Source: Paraspadella gotoi | Taxonomy: Eukaryota; Animalia; Chaetognatha | Assembly: GCA_051294375.1 (NCBI GenBank) | Contig: JBJCIZ010000666.1 | Coordinates: 1 to 12,801 of the forward strand | Length of the DNA stretch: 12,801 nucleotides | Reading direction: 5' to 3' | Shown here: positions 9,900 through 12,801 of the stretch, in pieces | How positions within the stretch are numbered: the stretch's first letter is position 1 | Layout: every line of letters begins with the position of its first letter | Made by a program: the position numbers and the translations under genes | Notes under the pieces: generated by a model | What the model was told of the DNA's origin: nothing | The model's database searches: none | The model's input: the letters and a program-made list of their open reading frames with translations, nothing else

Positions 9900-10183
9900 C
9901 TGAATCAAAAAAAAAAATTTCTTTCATTTTAAATAATATTATTACAAAATTAATTACATATGATAGATAATAGATCACAATAATAATAAAAATTATCCAC
10001 TCGAGTGTATATAGGTAATGGGTCCCACCTTTTATCAATAACATATCTCTTGGAGTAGTAGTTTCGTCAAAATCCCAGTTATCCATTTTTTTAATGGCTT
10101 TGTTAAATAATTTTGGATGACGATAGCTGAAGTATTTGCAGCATCCGATATTTAGTGGAAATTTTCTTGATGCTGAATTTAAT
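9900..10183 (-). CDS. Internal coding exon of a membrane protein, probably an insect odorant receptor (TM2-loop-TM3 region)
   Basis: Poly-T+AG acceptor (10185-10184) and G|GTTAG donor (9899-9898). The 284 nt are open for 94 codons in very AT-rich DNA: LNSASRKFPLNIGCCKYFSYRHPKLFNKAIKKMDNWDFDETTTPRDMLLIKGGTHYLYTLEWIIFIIIVIYYLSYVINFVIILFKMKEIFFFDS, with a clear hydrophobic helix. OR identity is by resemblance only. Confidence 0.6.
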
Positions 10184-10254
10184 CTAAAAAAAAAAAGATC
10201 AAAAACTGAAAAAATATATTTTAAATCTCAATCTGCTCAGTTTTATCTATCTAG

Positions 10255-10304
10255 TACTTTTTATACTTTATACTTTTTATACTTTTATATATACTTTTTT
10301 TATA
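10255..10304. repeat. Short imperfect (TATACTTT)n repeat
   Basis: tactttttatactttatactttttatacttttatatatactttttttata. Confidence 0.7.
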
Positions 10305-10349
10305 AATGACTACTATTTACTTTTATAGAGAGCAGGATATCCTTCATAA

Positions 10350-10425
10350 TTTTTTGTTCCTCTGTGAGTACTCGCTGAGCAAGTAGATAAGTCACTTTTC
10401 AGTCAGTCAGTCTGTTGGTCTGTCC
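10350..10425 (+). mobile_element. 5' end of HINE-like family B element
   Basis: T-run, GAGTACTC palindrome (10366-10373), AGTCACTTTTCAGTC and (GTCA/GTCT)n. Homologous, inverted, to 7843-7907 and 8151-8240. Confidence 0.55.
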
Positions 10426-10440
10426 AATTTATGTTTTCAA

Positions 10441-10740
10441 TTTTTAGCCAAATCTGTTTTACAGCAGATCTCGTTTCTATAATTCACTTTGTCGGTCCAT
10501 CGGTCCCACCCCTAAATCTTGTCGTTAAATCATTTAGATCATATCAGAAAATTGAATTATGATAAAATTATTAAGAAAAAGATATCCGTTTGTCCGTCTG
10601 TCTGTTTGTCTCTTTGTCCATCCATCCATCCCCCATTAGCTTTGAATGCCGATTACTCGTGTTGATTGAAAGATTGACCTGAAATTTTGTATGTGGGCTG
10701 GAAATAAAGTTTCAATGGAATTGTCCAAGTGTAATTGAAT
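10441..10740 (+). mobile_element. Second, diverged family A HINE-like copy; possible 3' end at 11067-11093
   Basis: Colinear with 5493-5950: tttttag, cagcagatc, attcactttgtcg, tcagaa, gaattatga, GTCY microsatellite (10586-10630), gattgac.tgaaattt and ctggaaataaagtt. GCAGATCCGGCGTTGTTTGCTCAA (11067-11090) resembles the 3' end at 6270-6294. Confidence 0.65.
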
Positions 10741-11225
10741 TTATGCTTAACTATTTTATTGTGCTTGTTTTTTCCTTTTAGTTCTAAAAATGTTTTTATT
10801 TGTTTAAAACGTCAATATGCACCTGATGCTACTAAAAAAAATAGAAAAATGAAAAACAAATTTTTAGGTTTTTTTGGCCCCCCAGGGTTCACCCCTAGGA
10901 TCCTGTATTTCTTGTCAGGGGTGAATAATTCCATTTATATCGTCATTGGGATACTTCAATGTAAATTTCATAAAATTCTATCAGGTAGTTTGATTAGTAA
11001 CAGATTCTGGTCACAAAAAATCATAACTTAATCATCTGATTCGCTGCTTACCGCTAAATGCCGCGTGCAGATCCGGCGTTGTTTGCTCAAGTTAACTCAG
11101 TTAAGTTTCTATTAGGTAGTAAGACCTTTAAAACGCATATGTATTAGAACCTTTCCATATATGAAACGCTTTTAAAATCAAAAAAACGAGTATTGTGATC
11201 ATTGAATTTTTTGAACATTTTTTTT

Positions 11226-12766
11226 CAAAAAAAATTTACAGGTAAATGCTGCAACTTTAAAAAAAAAATAAAAAAAATTGGATAATAAAATCTTTTAAAG
11301 CTTTATAGCTAGAGGGACGAAACGCCAAACTATCATTGTAGAGCGAAAAAAATTGACTATGTTACATACCTCGCTTATAAATTAAGTTAAGTTTTTTTAC
11401 TAAGTATTTTTTTTTAAAAAACCTATGTTTTTGGGCAATTTTTGATAAAATTTTTTTAAAAATGATAATTTTAAAAATGTTCGTGAAATATTTTTTAAAA
11501 AAATTACAGCCAATTGAATAAAAAGATAATTGCCTTTGTTTGCTGAAAGAATTAAAAAACAAGGATTATCGGTTAAAAAGTTATAATTTTTTTTAATTAC
11601 AAAAAAATACTTTCTTTAATAATTGTTTTTATTTAATAGGTTTAACTAGTCTAAAAGAAAAAGGAATGCACTTTTCTCAGAGTAAATAAAAAAAATAGTA
11701 CATTCTGAATTGATAATGGGTAACTTTAATATCTTGTCTCACCAGGTCATAAGTTTTTTAAAAATTTTATCATTTTTATAATAGAATTAGGACTTTTAAA
11801 TAAGGTAGTTTTTTAATTTTTTTTCTATTTAAAATAAAAAGAAAAATTGACAAAGCGATTAAATGCTTAAAAATTGATAAAACAAGACACAAAGAGTAAA
11901 AATTAATGNNNNNNNNNNNNNNNNNNNNNNNNNAAAGTTAAGCAACTGAGAGAAGAGTTGCTTGCTGCTTGCCAGTTGAGAAAAAAAATGGTCATCTATG
12001 GTGTCAAAGAAAGAAAACTAGATTTTCCATTTTTTTATTCATTACCTTTGTCAAGCTATTTCTCCAGAACTGAGTTGAATTATAATTTATGTTAAGTATA
12101 TTGCCTAATCAAAGATTGTGAAAGACTTGGAAAAAAATATTAAGCTTGCATGATTAATTTAAGAATAGATCTAACTTTTTTCATGGAAACCTGCAACTCT
12201 TCTCTCAGTTGCTTAACTTTCATTAATTTTACTCTTTTTGTCTCATTTTATCAATTTTTAATCATTTAATCGCTTTTGTCAATTTTTCTTTTTATTTTAT
12301 ATAAAAAAAAATTATAAAATTACCTCATTTAAAAGTAATAATTCTATTATAAAATGATAAAAATTTTAAAAAACTTTAATGACCTGGTGAGACAAGATAT
12401 TAAAGTTACCCATTATCAATTCAGAATGCACTATTTTTTTATTTACTCTGAGAAAAGTGCATTCCCTTTTCCCTTGAGCCTAGTTTAAACCTATTAAATA
12501 AAAATAATTATTAAGGAAAGTAATTTTTTTTAATTTAAAAAAATTATAACTTTTTAACCAATAATCCTTTCATAAAGATTCTTTCAGCCAAACAAAGGCA
12601 ATAATCTCTTTATCTTTATTCAATTAGCCACAATTTTAAAAAAATTATTTCAGGAACATTGTTAAAAATATCATTTTTTAAAAATTTTATCAAAAATTGC
12701 CCGAAACAGGTTTTAAAAAAAGATTTACTTAGTAAAAAACTAACCTAATTTATAATGCAAGGTATG
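11226..12766. mobile_element. Foldback/long-TIR non-autonomous DNA element: ~570-bp inverted arms around a 231-bp spacer
   Basis: 11365-11961 is the reverse complement of 12193-12766, e.g. aaagttaagcaactgagagaagagttgc / gcaactcttctctcagttgcttaacttt and gggtaactttaatatcttgtctcaccaggtcat / atgacctggtgagacaagatattaaagttaccc. No transposase ORF. True termini and TSD were not found. Confidence 0.75.
11909..11933. other. Assembly gap (25 N)
   Basis: Run of N. Its two flanks are directly contiguous in the inverted arm (12220/12221). Confidence 0.99.
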
Positions 12767-12801
12767 AAGAAGATTCCTTGGGGGGTTTCTCAGTTTCAGA
12801 T

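Noticed and set aside
10735-11031. 98-aa ORF with a hydrophobic N-terminus
   Set aside because: TTG start, lies in repeat-like sequence, and has F/K/I/L bias from AT richness.

Overview
Very AT-rich eukaryotic DNA, most consistent with an insect draft assembly, with two N gaps (258-447, 11909-11933) and many single-base indels that look like long-read errors. The main feature is a 3.8-kb head-to-tail array of about 55 copies of a 70-bp, 50%-GC, C-rich unit (926-4703). It has no spacers, so it is not a CRISPR, and its + strand has no stop codon in any frame. Other repeats: a long-arm inverted repeat (11365-11961 / 12193-12766) with a further direct copy at 1-734, at least two families of DINE-1/HINE-like elements, a degenerate minimal hammerhead-ribozyme motif (8810-8849) and several microsatellites. 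The minus strand carries one clean spliced exon (10183-9900) and several frameshifted segments that resemble an insect odorant receptor. All family assignments are by eye, with no database search. No prokaryotic genes, rRNA or tRNA were found. Nothing here proves a new biological system; the array's architecture is the best lead.
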